Assembly (NCBI RefSeq): GCF_009834535.1
Contig: NC_045697.1
Span: 87,236,001-87,300,000, forward strand
Reading direction: 5' to 3'
DNA: 64,000 nucleotides
From: Camelus ferus
Lineage: Eukaryota
The notes under the pieces were generated by a model. The model was not told the DNA's origin. It did not search any database and saw only the letters and a program-made list of their open reading frames with translations. Shown piece by piece: positions 27,784 through 40,412 of the stretch. Made by a program: the position numbers and the translations under genes. How positions within the stretch are numbered: position 1 is the first letter of the stretch; every line of letters begins with the position of its first letter.

Positions 27784-30016
27784 TTTTTTAACATTTTTTA
27801 TTGAGTTATAGTCATTTTACAATGTTGTGTCAAATTTCAGTGTAGAGCGCAATTTTTCAGTTATACATGAACATACACATATTCATTGTCACATTTTTTT
27901 TTTTTTTGCTGTGAGCTACCATAAGATCTTGTATTTATTTCCCTGTGCTATACAGTATAATCTTGTTTATCTATTCTACATTTTGAAATCCCAGTCTGTC
28001 CCTTCCCACCCCCCGCCCCCTTGGCAACCACAAGTTTGTATTCTATGCCTGTGAGTCTTTCTGTTTTGTATTTATGCTTTGTTTTTTTGTTTGTTTGTTT
28101 GTTTTTTAGATTCCACATATGAGTGATATCATAGGGTATTTTTCTTTCTCTTTCTGGCTTACTTCACTTAGAATGATATTCTCCAGGAACATCCATGTTG
28201 CTGCAAATGGTATTATGTTGTCAGTTTTTATGGCTGAATACTATTCCATTGTATAAATATACCACATCTTTATCCAGTCATCTGTTGATGGACATTTAGG
28301 CTGTTTCCATGTCTTGGCTATTGTAAATAATGCTGCTATGAACATTGGGGTGCAGGTGTCATTTTGAGGTAGGATTCCTTCTGGATATATGCCCAGGAGC
28401 GGGATTCCTGGGTCATGTGGTAAGTCTATTCCTAGTCTTTTGAGGAATCTCCATACTGTTTTCCACAGTGGCTGCACCAAACTGCATTCCCACCAGCAGT
28501 GTAGGAGGGTCTTTTCTCCACAGCCTCTCCAGCATTTGTCATTTGTGGACTTTTGAATGATGGCCATTGTGACTGGTGTGAGGTGATACCTCATTGTAGT
28601 TTTGATTTGCATTTCTCTGATAATTAGTAATATGGAGCATTTTTTTCATGTGCCTATTGATCATTTGTATTTCTTCCTTGGAGAATTGCTTGTTTTGGTC
28701 TTTGGCCCATTTTTGGATTGGGTTGTTTGTTTTTTTCTTATTAAGTTGTATGAGCTGCTTATATATTCTGGAGATCAAGCCTTTGTCGGTTTCATTTGCA
28801 AAAATTTTCTCCCATTCTGTAGGTTGTCTTTTTGTTTTACTTATGGTTTCCTTTGCTGTGCAGAAGCTTGTAAGTTTCACTAGGTCCCATTTGTTTATTC
28901 TTGCTTTTATTTCTATTGCTTGGGTAGACTGTCCTAGGAGAACATTTTTGAGATGTATGTCAGATAATATTTTGCCTATCTTTTCTTCTAGGAGGTTTAT
29001 TGGGTCTTGTCTCATGTTTAAGTCTTTGATCCATTTTGAGTTGATTTTTGTGTATGGTGTAAGGGAGTGTTCTAGCTTTATTGATTTACATGCTGCTGTC
29101 CAGTTTTCCCAACACCATTTGCTGAAGAGACTGTCCTTATTCCATTGTATATTCTTGCCTCCTTTGTCGAAGATCAGTTGACCAAAAGTTTATGGGTTCA
29201 TTTCTGGACTCTCAATTCTGTTCCATTGGTCTATATGTCTGCTTTTGTACCAATACTATGCTGTTTTGATTACTGTAGCTCTATAGTATTGTCTGAAGTC
29301 TGGGAGAGTTATTCCTCCAGCCTCTTTCTTTCTCTTCAGTAATGCTTTGGCAATTCTAAGTCTTTTGTGGTTCCATATAAATTTTATTATGATTTTTTCT
29401 AGTTCTGTGAAATATGTCCTGGGTAATTTTATAGGGATTGCATTAAATCTGTAGATTGCCTTGGGCAGTGTGACCATTTTCAACAATATTGATTCTTCCA
29501 GTCCAGGAGCATGGGATATCTTTCCTTTTTTTTTTTTTTAAGTCTTCTTTAATTTCCTTCATCAATGGTTTATAATTTTCTGTGTATAATTCTTTCACCT
29601 CCTTGGTTAAATTTACTCCTAGGTATTTTATTACTTTGGGTGCTATTTTAAAGGGGATTGTTCCTTTACTTTCTTTTTCTGTTGATTCATTGTTAGTGTA
29701 AAGAAATGCAACTGATTTTTGAACATTAATCTTGTAACCTGCTACCTTGCTGAATTCTTTGATCAGCTCTAGTAGTTTTTGTGTGGACCTTTTAGGGTTT
29801 TCTATACGTGGTAACATGTCATCAGCATATAGTGACACTTTTACCTCTTCTTTTCCAATTTGGATCCCTTTTATTTCTCTCTCTTGCTTGATTGCTGTGG
29901 CTAGGACTTCCAAGACTATGTTGAATAGGAGTGGTGATAGTGGACAGCCTTGTCTTGTCCCAGATTTTAGTGGGAAGCTTTTGAATTTTTCACCGTTGAG
30001 TACTATGCTGGCTGTA
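27784..30016 (-). mobile_element. Young 5'-truncated LINE-1 (about 2.2 kb; RT C-terminal part to 3'UTR)
   Basis: Perfect 14-bp TSD TGAAAACATCTCTT (27770-27783 and 30017-30030), T tail, TT|AAGA endonuclease-type site, and ORF2 fragments with YADD and the CCHC region. Confidence 0.97.
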
Positions 30017-30834
30017 TGAAAACATCTCTTAATGCCCTTAAGTTTACTGATTTATAATACTGAGAACCTAACAAGTACAAGTTTAATCAACTTTATTTAG
30101 TTTAGTTATAATTTACATACAATATACTGCACCAATTTGAAGTGTACAATTCAAGTAATTTAAATATGTATGTAAACCTGTGAAACTTCCTCTACAATCA
30201 AAGTGTAATAAAACATTTCAGTCAACCTAAAAGGTTCCTTTTGCTCCTTGGCAATCCATCTTTCCCTCTACCCCAGACTCCAAACAACCACTTGTCTACT
30301 TTTTATAATTACAGATTAGACCAAATTTTTTAAGTATTTTGTATAAGTGGAATTGTATAGTATGTACTTTTCAATGTTTGGTTTCGTTAGCTCAACAGAA
30401 GTTTGAGACTTATGCATGTTATTGAGTATATCAATAGTTCTTTTTTAATTGCCAAGTGATACTCTATTATATGTAAATACGTATTTTGTCTATCCATTCA
30501 TGAATTGGTAGACATTTGGATTATTTACAGTTTGGAGCTATTTTGAATAAAGCTGCCATGAACATCTATGTATAAGTCTGCATGGATTATGTATTTGTTT
30601 CTCTTAGATAAATACCTAGGAGTAGAATAACTGGATTGTTGTAGTGGAGAATGTTAAACGTTTTAAGAAACTGTCAGTCTCTTAACCACTCAACCACTTT
30701 GGAAAACTGATTGTACTATTTTATGTTCCCATTAACAGTGTATAAGTTCTAGTTACTCTATAATCCTTGTTCAGTCTTTGTTATCGTTGGTGTCTTTAAT
30801 TTTAGTCATTCTTATGAGAATGTAATGATACCTC

Positions 30835-30982
30835 TTTTCTTTTTTGTATTTTGTGGGGGATTTTTGGGGGGCTGGGGTCAATTAGGTTTGTTTGTTTGCT
30901 TATATGAAGGTACTGAGGATTGAATCCAGGGCCTCATGCATACTAGGCATGCGCTCTACCACTGAGCTATCCCCTCCTCCCC
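30835..30982 (-). mobile_element. tRNA-derived SINE (Vic-1-like)
   Basis: On minus: GGGGATAGCTCAGTGGTAGAGCGC (A box), GGATTCAATCC (B box), A-rich tail. Degenerate TSD tgtaatgatacctc / tataatgacatctc. Confidence 0.88.
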
Positions 30983-33134
30983 TATAATGACATCTCACTG
31001 TGGTTTAAATTTGCATTGATCTGATGGCCAATGATGTTGAATATCTTTTTACTCAACATTTACTTACTTGCCAACTTTATAGTTTCCTTTGTCTGGATCT
31101 GTTCAGATCTTTTGCCTGTTTTCTTCTGGGTTGTTTATTTTCTTACCATTGAATTTTAGGGGGTCTTTATGTGTTTGGATACAAGTTCTTTGTCAGATAT
31201 ACCTGCCCATTGTGAGTATTTTATCCCAGTCTGTGGCTTGCTTTTTTTTCCTTGAAGTTTTTAGAAGAGAAAAATGTTTAATTTTTAAAAGACAGGTTTA
31301 TCAGTTTTTTTCTCTTATACTCCCTCTAGAAGTTTATAGTTTGAACTCTTACATTGAGATTTATGATCCATCTCAAGTTGATTTTTGAGAATGGGGTGAG
31401 GGAAGGGTCAATGTTCATTTTTAAAATATGATATTCCGTTGTTGAAGCATCATTTCTTAAAGTACTTTACTTTCCTCATTGAATACCTTAAAAATAAAAA
31501 TCAATAAGGACTCTTTATTCTGTTTTTTAAATCTGTATTTCTATCTTCTAGACTTATCACAGTCTTATTTCTTTAAGATTATAAATTTTGAGGCCAAGTA
31601 GTTTAAGTCCTTCAACTTTGTTCCTTTTTTGATTTGCTTTCATAATTCTCAGTCACTTGAATTTCAATATACATTTTATAATCAGTTTGTCATTTTTTTT
31701 AAAGTCTTTGTGGAATTTTGATTGGAATTGCATTGAGACTGTAGATAAATTTGGAAAGAATGAATATCTTAATAATATTGAATCTTCCAATGAATGTGGT
31801 TAATCTCTGTATAGATCTTTAATTTCTCTCAACAGTGCTCTGTAGTTTTTAATGAAGCATTCTTTTGTTAATTTTATTCCTTTGTTTGTTTTTTACGTAT
31901 TTCCATAAAGTAGATTTTTTAACTTCATTTTTCTGTTTAGATTGCTGCTGAATATATAAAGATACAATTTTTCTAATATTAAACCTGTCTCCTGTAATCT
32001 TGCTGCTGTTTTGTAGATTCCTTAGGAGTTTTACATAAGCAATCATGTCATCTGCAAATAAGGATAGTTTTACTTTTTACTCTTGCAAGTTCTATACTTC
32101 CTTCCTCCAAATCCCCCCTGCCCTGGTTTTGCCTTATTGCAAAGGCTAGTACCTCTGTTACAATGTTTGGTAGAAGTGGTGAGTTTTTACCTTGTTCTTG
32201 ATCTTAGGTTAGAAAGCATTCAAAATTTTGAGATTAATTATTATTTTACTTATAGGTTTTTGTAGGTATTGAAGAAGTTTCCTTTCATTTCTAGTTTGTT
32301 GAGAGATTTTTTTAATCATGATTAGATCTTAAATTTTGTCATATGCTTTTTCTGCACATATTTAAATGATGGAACAGATTTTCTCCTTTAATTCTGTTGC
32401 TATGGTTAAATTATACTCATTGGATTTTGAGTGTTAAACTAACCTTTCATTCCTGGGATAATTCTTACTTGATTGTGATGATTTATCCATTTTATATATT
32501 GTTAGATTCTACTTGCTAATATTTTCAAAGAATTTTTAGATGTATGCTTATGAGGGTGTCACTAATCTGTAGTTGTCATTTTTTGTAATATCTTTGTCAG
32601 GTTTTAGAATTAGTATTATGCTGGCCTTATGAAACAAGTTGAGAAGTGTTTCCTCCTCTATATTCTGATGGTTATATAATTCTGATGTGATTGCTTCTTT
32701 GGTAGATTTCAGAAGGGAAACCATCTGGGCTTGAATTTTTCTTGATGGGAAGGTTGGTCATAATGATTCAGTTTTTCAATCAGTTCAGTTGCAGTTTTTA
32801 AAAATAAAGGGCTATTGTGATTTTCTGTTTTATGCTGTGTCCATTTTATAACTGGCTTTTTCAAGGCATTTGTTTCTTTTTTATTGTCATAAAGTTGTTT
32901 ATAATATTCTCTTATTATCCTTTTGCTATCTTTAGGATCTGTAGTGATAGCCCCTTTTGATTTCTGATGTTGGTGATTTGTTCTTTTATTCTTGTTTTGT
33001 CTAGCTAGAATTTAATCAATCCTTAAAAATCTTTGTAGAGAACCTCCCTTGACTTTGTTGATTTTCTCTATTATTTGTTTCCTATTTCATTGATTTATGC
33101 TCTCAAGTTCATTATTTCCTTCCTTGTACTTACT

Positions 33135-33680
33135 GTTTTTTTTTAATTGAAGTAGAGTTGATTTACAATGTTGTGTTAGTTTCAGGTATACAGCAAAGTG
33201 ATTCAGTTTTATATATGTGTGTGTATATACATTTATACATATATATTCATTTTCAGATTCTTTTCCATTATAAGTTATTACAAGATATTCAATATAATTC
33301 CCTGTGCTATAAGTCAGTCCTTGTTATTTATCTGTTTTATATGTAGTAGTGTGTATCTGTTAATCTCAAACTCCTAAGTATCCCTCCCCCCTCCCTTTTG
33401 ATAACCATTAGTCTTCTATGTCTGTGAGTCTATTTCCATTTTGTAAATAAGGCCATTTGTATTATTTTTTAGATTCCACATAGAAGTGATACCGTGTAGT
33501 ATTTGTCTTTCTCTCTCTGATTTACTTCTCTTAGTGTGATAATCTCTAGGTCCACCTATGTTGCTGCAAGCAGCTGTATTTCCTTCCTTTTATGGCTAAG
33601 TAATATTCCATTGTATCTGTGTATACCACATCTTTATTTGTTCATCTGCTGATGGACACTTAGGTTACTTTCATTCCTTG
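33135..33680 (-). mobile_element. Intermediate-age LINE-1 3' end nested in the old L1M
   Basis: T tail then aattgaagtagagttgatttacaatgttgtgttagtttcaggt...ttagattccaca...gatggacacttagg. Confidence 0.88.
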
Positions 33681-34259
33681 TACATACTCTTGAAACTTAG
33701 GTCTTTGATTTTAGCCTTCTTTCCTGCTATAAGCATTTAAAGTTACAAATTTGTCACTAAGCACTTTTAACAATATTCCACAAATCTTCATATGTTAGAA
33801 AAATATTCTAACTTCCTTTGCGATTTCTTCTTTGACCTATGACTTATTTACAAGTATGTTATTTAATTTCCATATGTTTGGGGTTTTCTTGTATGTCTTA
33901 TTTTTATTCGTGTCTAACTCCCTCTTACAGTCAGAGCTCCACTTTGTGTGATTTCAGTACTTATGAATTTGCTGAGTTTTGTTTTATGGCTTATCATATG
34001 GGTGAATATACCAAGTGCACTTAAAAAGAATATGTGTTGCACAGCTGTTGGATGTAGTGGTCTATAAATAAATAGCAATTAGGTCAAGATGATTGATAGT
34101 CTTGTTGGATCCTCTCTACTGGTGTGTTTTCTAGTTCTCTTAGTTGCTAAAAGAGGAATGTTAAAAAATCCTATTACAATTTTAGAGTTATATGTTTATC
34201 TCTTTTAGTCCTGGCAATATTTGCTTTATATTTTGAGTTTCCATTATGAGTAACATACA

Positions 34260-34450
34260 TGTCAAGAAATATGAAGGTTCTGAGGCTTTACCCTATTTGA
34301 ACGGTAACTAGTTAGCCTGCCACAATTTTCATGGAAGCTGGTGAAAGGCATGAGACTCTTGAGTCAGAGACAGAGGACAGTTTATTACTCACAGAGTATT
34401 ATCATTTTTTGTGCCAGTTTCCTAAGAACTAATTCCCACAGAGCAACCAT
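34260..34450 (-). mobile_element. ERV LTR fragment (subfamily uncertain)
   Basis: TG terminus, ttaccctatttg..gtaactagttagcctgccaca..tttcatgga...gtcagagacagaggac and a minus-strand AATAAA. Resembles recalled ERV1-class LTR ends. Confidence 0.55.
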
Positions 34451-35369
34451 ATGAGGTTTCAGTATTTGTATTTTCTGTAGTGTCTTAGGTATAGTCCCAG
34501 CTACATTTTCAGGATTTTTGTTTGTTTGTTTGTTTCAGGTTTTATAATTAAAGGTGTTCATGCCTAAGTTCTTGTCTTCCTTACTTTTCTGTATTTACTT
34601 CTATCCCACCTTCTTTCTGGATACTTCATATTCATAAGTACACATAGGGAAATGTGCTATTTTTCACTATTTATAAGTGTGTATCTCTTAAGTATTCAAG
34701 AAGTGCTACTTCTGATTATGCCAGCAAGTAGAGTAACTTTTGGGAGAGGGAAGGAGTCTACATTTTTGGGAATTTCATTTTCAGTACTTTATTTCTTCCT
34801 AGAAATTCAGTTTTCCATTTCATGTCATTTCCTTTCAACCAGGAGAACTTCCTTTAGCATTTTCTGTAGTGTAGATCTGCTGGAAACAGATTTCCTTAGT
34901 TTTCTTTTATCTGAAAGTGACCTTATTTTTCCTTGATTATTGAAGAGTATTTTCTCTGGGAATAAAATTCTGGAATGACATTTTTATTCTTTCAGCACTT
35001 GAAAGATGTTGTTCTTCTGGTTTTCGCACTCTGTTGTTTTGGTTAAAAGTCATTGGTGATTCAAATCATTGTTCCCTGTATTCACTCTCGCAGCTTTTAA
35101 GATTTTCTTTATCTTTGGTTTTCAGCAGTTTGACTACAATGTGTTCTTATGTGGTTTTCTTTGTATTTATTTTGTGGGAAATTTACTGAGCTTCTTGATT
35201 TTGTGACTTAATTTTTTTTTAACTAATTTGGGAGCATTTTTGGCTTTTTTTTCCTAATATTTTTTTCTACCCCATCTTCTCTTTTCTTTCCTTCTTGGAC
35301 TCTAATTACACATATGTTAGACCTTTTGATTTTGTCCCAAAAGAGTGATCTTTTTGTGTATATTTCACC

Positions 35370-35692
35370 ATTTCACCTTCCCACTTAAAACCTTCCACTG
35401 GCTTCTCACTGCAATTAGAATATAATCCAGACTCTTTACCATGTTGTTTAAGGCCTTATAACCTCCCTATGACTATCTCTCTAACCTCATTTCCTACGTT
35501 TTCTCACTTTATTGGGTTATTTTCTTTCCCTAGCTCATACCAGTCATTGTTGCCTTTGCACCTGATGTTCCCTGTACTTTGAATGCTCTTCCCGTAGATC
35601 TTTGTATGGTGACTCCTTTGGATATCTGCATAAGCTACCTCCTTAGAGAGGCTTTCTCTCATCATCCCAACTAAAAGCTGCCCCATTCCCTC

Positions 35693-35741
<49 letters not shown>

Positions 35742-35950
35742 TTTAGACCTATATCTCTTTTAATAGGTTTATTGAGATATAATTCACATACCCTAAAATT
35801 CATCCACTTAAGTTATACAATTCAGAGATTACTAGTATACTTACATACATGTGTAACTGTCACTACAGTTTTACGCATATCCATCTTACTCATTCTGGTT
35901 CCTAGCACCAGGAACAATATCTGGTATATAATACATATGTAATAATTTTT
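35370..35950 (+). mobile_element. LINE-2 3' relic interrupted by (CA)n and a short minus-strand L1 3' end (about 35756-35870)
   Basis: cttaaaaccttccactggcttctcactgcaattagaat; gcctttgcacctgatgttccc; cctagcaccaggaacaatatctgg. Confidence 0.75.
35697..35740. repeat. (CA)22 microsatellite
   Basis: Perfect CA run counted directly. Confidence 0.97.
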
Positions 35951-36458
35951 TCTGAAGAGATGACTTCATTAGCTCTAAGATAATTTAGGCATTAACCTCC
36001 AGTAAAATTTTAGGGAAATTCATTTGACTATCATCAGCTCTAGAAGTATTGTTTAATCAGAGCTGTGCCTATTTTGGGGGCTCTTGAAACAGCTTAACCA
36101 TATTTTAAGAATTATTGCAGGAAGGTACCCCAAGAAAAGTCTTTTAATGTCTTTTTAATAAGATGAATACAAGCCATATACACATTTCCTTAAAAGAGAA
36201 TAGTCATCTTTTACTGACCTGACAGTTGCTGAGGAGCAAAAAAAGCCTTTAAGAAATACTGCTTTTCTGTTTTCAAAAGTACTCTAACATTGTTTGAACC
36301 TCTGAAATAGATTATGGAATCTCTAGTACTGGTTTTATTTACTAATTATGGGTAATAGTTATTCATGAGATTCTGGACATCCTCTTTCCTTGGGTACCTT
36401 CCATGTGGAATGTCAGTTCTGAGCTTGGTTCATCTGTGTTGCTCCATCTTCTTTATAG

Positions 36459-36623
36459 GCTTTGCTGCGGCCTGGAAGAATTGATAGAATCATCTATGTG
36501 CCTTTACCAGATGCAGCAACAAGAAGGGAAATATTTAACCTGCAGTTTCACTCTATGCCAATCAGTAATGATGTTGATCTGAATGAACTCATCCTCCAAA
36601 CAGATACATATTCAGGAGCAGAG
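36459..36623 (+). CDS. AFG2A: Internal coding exon (165 nt, phase 0-0) of AFG2A/SPATA5 AAA+ ATPase, C-terminal part of the D2 domain
   Basis: Polypyrimidine tract ending ctttatAG (36457-36458) and donor GAG|GTAAGA (36624). Open translation [55 protein letters not shown] contains the AAA SRH motif (ALLRPGR.DR) and SGAE, and closely matches my recollection of the mammalian SPATA5 C-terminus. Flanking exons are not in the window. Confidence 0.95.
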
Positions 36624-36857
36624 GTAAGATAGATCCCCTCAAAATACCTTGGTGTGAGGAAAGCAGTGGCTTGGGGTCCACCAAAAGGACTGCTTGACGC
36701 CAGTTGTTTTAAAATAACTATATATTAAGAAATCTTAAAACAGAAAATGTACTACATGACAGGTAATCACTAAACTAAATTGCATTTTACCTGGCCTCTA
36801 TTATATTTCGATTGTTTTTACTTGGCCCTTACTATTTCTCAAAATGTAGTCTCTAGA

Positions 36858-37100
36858 GAAGTAGCATAATATAGTGGAGAGGACACTGGACTTAGAAGTT
36901 GAAGATTCTACTGATGGGCTTCATGCCCAGCTTCCAACCAGTTACACACTTCTCTGAACTTGGGTTTCTTCACCTATCAAATGGAAATGATATACAACTT
37001 CCTGTACCGTTTTATCGTAAAGATCATAAAAATGAGATTAGGATGTCGTGAAAGCTCTGTACAATACAAAGGACTTGGCAAAGAGCTTGTATTATTGTCA
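36858..37100 (+). mobile_element. MIR SINE
   Basis: gtagcataatatagtggagaggacactggact...cttctctgaacttgggtttcttcacctatcaaatgg...aaatgaga...gtgaaagctct. Confidence 0.8.
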
Positions 37101-40100
37101 TCTTTTATCATTTTGAAAAATAATCTCAATCTACAAAGATTCTCTCATAAAAAACTTAATTGGACAGCCAGTCTGCCCTTAATAGTAAAAATATACTCTC
37201 AACAAGTACAGCAAGACCTCTGTGAAAATGTGAAACTTGTAAGTGTGGCAAATGAACATTTTTTTCTCTCCTCAGCGACTCTTCACTTAGGCTGTTTTTA
37301 TTTACGAAATTTTATTTTAAAATAATTGTGCATCTTTTCTACATGCATTTTTAAAGAAAAGTTCAGACTGTATTCCTCCACATAAAAATATCTTCTGAAT
37401 ACCACTGATATGGTTTGTACTGGGAAATTAATACTTTTTAAAGTACAAAGTTGTAGATTCTTTGCATCTGAATTATTCAGCAGACTGGGATTCCACAATC
37501 TGATTTTCTTGCTATTTTTATCTGTCTTCTGTAAAAACCAAACCAATTAATATACATAACAGATCATTTGTGGTACTCAGAGAGTCCTGTAGGTAAATAT
37601 ACATGTGGAATTGGATTTAGTACATCGTGCAGTCACAGCTAATAACAACAACCAAAATAAATTCCAAATCTACTCCTTGTTTTTTTAAGCTGAGCAATAT
37701 ATATTTGATTTTCCCCTTTCAGTTTTTAAATTCCATTAGAGGGGGAAAAGCCATGCAGAAAGCAGCTTGAAAAACAGTTGAAGTGCATTCACCTTTAAAA
37801 TAATCTTTATTATTTCAGAGTATCTCTTTGGCATAACTATCCATTAAGTTAAAATGAACATATAGTTCCTACTAACTGACTGCTCCAGCATTTCTAGAAT
37901 TTAGTTTTTGATGTGAGACCAGGGCTGGCATCCTGTATATGATATGTCAGTTTACAGGAAACAGCTAGGAAAAGAAACCATAAATCTTTCACTTGAGTTG
38001 AGTGAAGTGGACGAGCAGTTAGCTAGGTATAAATATGCCCTCCTCACTTTGAAGTAATTCATAGTAGTAACACAGAAGTGCAAAACAAAAATCAAAGCCA
38101 ATGAGGTCCTGTCTGGCTGAAAGGAAAAAACTCATTTGGTGCCAGGAATTATTGTAGCAACTTGCTAGTTCTTACGTAGTACATGCCTTATTCAGTCTGA
38201 AATATAAGCATACTCATTTCAGATTAATTTTTATATCAGAGCTTCCAAAAATAGTCACTGGAAAAGTAGCAGAAAATTCTGTCCCTCAATTTACATTTTT
38301 GTGTCCCATGATGCTTGGGAGAGGGAAGGTTATCCTCCTGTGATCCGAATTATAATCAGAATATTTTATTACAACTTCATGGACATTTATTCCAGAGCTA
38401 TGTCGTAGTAGTTCTAGGATTTTCAGTTTGGATAAAGCAGATTTGTTCCACATATTTTGTTCTGTGTGACGGTTTGGTCTGAATATTTAGGTAATTCACA
38501 TAGGTCCCCTATTGTTTGAAGAGAACCATTCTCTCTTTTAAAGTCTTAAAATTAATAAATAGGAAATTTAAGACAGATTAAACTTAGCTTCACATAAAGT
38601 ATAAGATCTCTCTCATCTTTTTTTTCCTCTTTCTATCAGAATGAAAATGGTGCTGCAATGTTTGAAAGCCAAAATTAGTTTTGAAATGTTTTTAAATAGT
38701 AAAATAGATTCAAAGCTAGAAACTCAGTCTCCTGACTCCTCAGGCTCAGTTCTTTACCACTAATGTAACCAATTTATTTCCTTCTGCAGCAAGGCCATAT
38801 CCTTCAGCATAGAAGCTTCTCCACAGTACATCCCTAGCAAACACTTAATAAACTGGAGAAAGGGAAAAAAGATTTTTTACCTATATTTCTGAAGAATAGA
38901 CTTCCTATTCTCATTAGTCAGAGAGGAATCCTCTTGTAGCCGTGCTCCCTGCTATGGTCACAGCTACTTTCTCAGAGCTGGAGTGTCTCTGTGGCCATTC
39001 TGTGGTATAAAAATGAAACTATGGACTCGGTTAATTGTCTTCACAGGACAGTAGTATATGCAGTGTTACATGAGATTAATTTAGTTTGGCTGTACACTCT
39101 TAGTTATATGGACAAGCATTTGGCAAGGTGAGCTGGAGATGAGGAAATTGCTGACACTCTTTTTTGGAAACAAACTTTATTTTAACTGTAGTGAGTATTT
39201 TATTTTTATTTTTATTTTTAATTAAAAAGTTGAAGAGAACGATTGGGATGGAGATAATTACTGGCACTCATTAAAAGACTGAGCTGGGGGGATTACTTTT
39301 AAAAAATTTTTCTTTTCACCTGGTGCTTTATTTTTCCTAGTCAACATTGTTCCATAAAAGCTTACACAGGCCCAGTGTTTGAAGTAGCTCATTATACACT
39401 ACTGAGTTACTCCATTTTCTCTCCCTGGAGAGGGTATACAGAGAATTGAAGCATTTTTTGCTAACCCTCAGGAGAGTCCCAGGAGGAAGTTTGTCGCCAG
39501 CTGAACGGGGAATGTGGTCACTAGGGAGCAAGCCTCTAAGGAGAGGCTGCAGCAGGCAGCATCCCTCAGCCGTCTCTGCGGCCCGCTGCTCTCCCGGTGG
39601 CCAGAACCTCATTGTCTTTGGCTTCTTGGCTGTAGCTCCCAGTCAATGGAAAAACATGTTGCCATTTAAAAGTGGTTGGGAATTCAGTTCAGGAGGAAAT
39701 AAGAAGTCTTTTTTGGTTATAGCTATTGTTTTCTCTTGCTTTGATTTTTGTTTTTTCAGTTACTTGTAGCAGATTCCACTCCATTTATTTGTCTTATATC
39801 AAACTATCCTAGTTACTTTAGGGAAACTTTTATCTTACCCACTGACAGGAAATCAGCAATCACAAATATATGTACATGAAAGTCATGACTGAACCCATTC
39901 CCTGTGCACTATGTGCTTGAGAACAGAGACATGAATAAGATACATAACTTCCTCTCTGTATAGGAATATGCTGACATAGGCTGACGATGTCTGTAAAATT
40001 TGAGTTGAATGTTTATTTGCATTTGGATGTTATCCACCTTCTAGTGATTATCTCACTAAGTAAAACTGAAAATATCTAAGAGCCAGGTACCCACTATACA

Positions 40101-40204
40101 TTTACAAATAATATGGACGGTCATAACATTTATTTCATATATCAAGATTTGTGAATTCAACTTTCAAGAGAGGCAATAAAGTAGAAGAAAAGAATTTTTA
40201 ATGT

Positions 40205-40412
40205 CGCAGTTGAGTAGACTTTTAATTGAATTGTAGCTCTTTTCTTTCAGGATTGTTTCAGGCAAGTTATTTAACTTCTTTGAAACTCAGTCTCCTCATT
40301 TGTAAGATATCTGTGTGACAGAATTTTGTTTTGAGGGTTAAATGAGATGATAAATATGAAGGCACCAAGAAACAAGGCCTGACACATAAAGAGTGCTTCA
40401 TAAGTGTTATTT
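40205..40412 (+). mobile_element. MIR SINE
   Basis: ggcaagttatttaacttc...ctcagtctcctcatttgtaa...gagggttaaatgagatga...cctgacacata. Confidence 0.8.

Larger units (their letters stand above)
30080..35345 (-). mobile_element. Ancient long L1M element (3' end through ORF2 to ORF1) carrying nested insertions
   Basis: L1MB/MC-type 3' end near 30085, colinear degenerate ORF2 (about 31000-34250) and ORF1 remnant (about 34820-35345, parallel to 62040-62540 of the young copy). Confidence 0.85.

Noticed and set aside
35504..35803. ORF with (CV)n repeat
   Set aside because: It is the translation of the (CA)22 microsatellite.
36960..37325. 121-aa ORF just after the AFG2A exon
   Set aside because: Non-ATG start, overlaps a MIR, and has no AAA-like sequence.
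39337..39769. Overlapping 91-aa and 107-aa ORFs
   Set aside because: No recognisable domain or splice support; explained by locally high GC.
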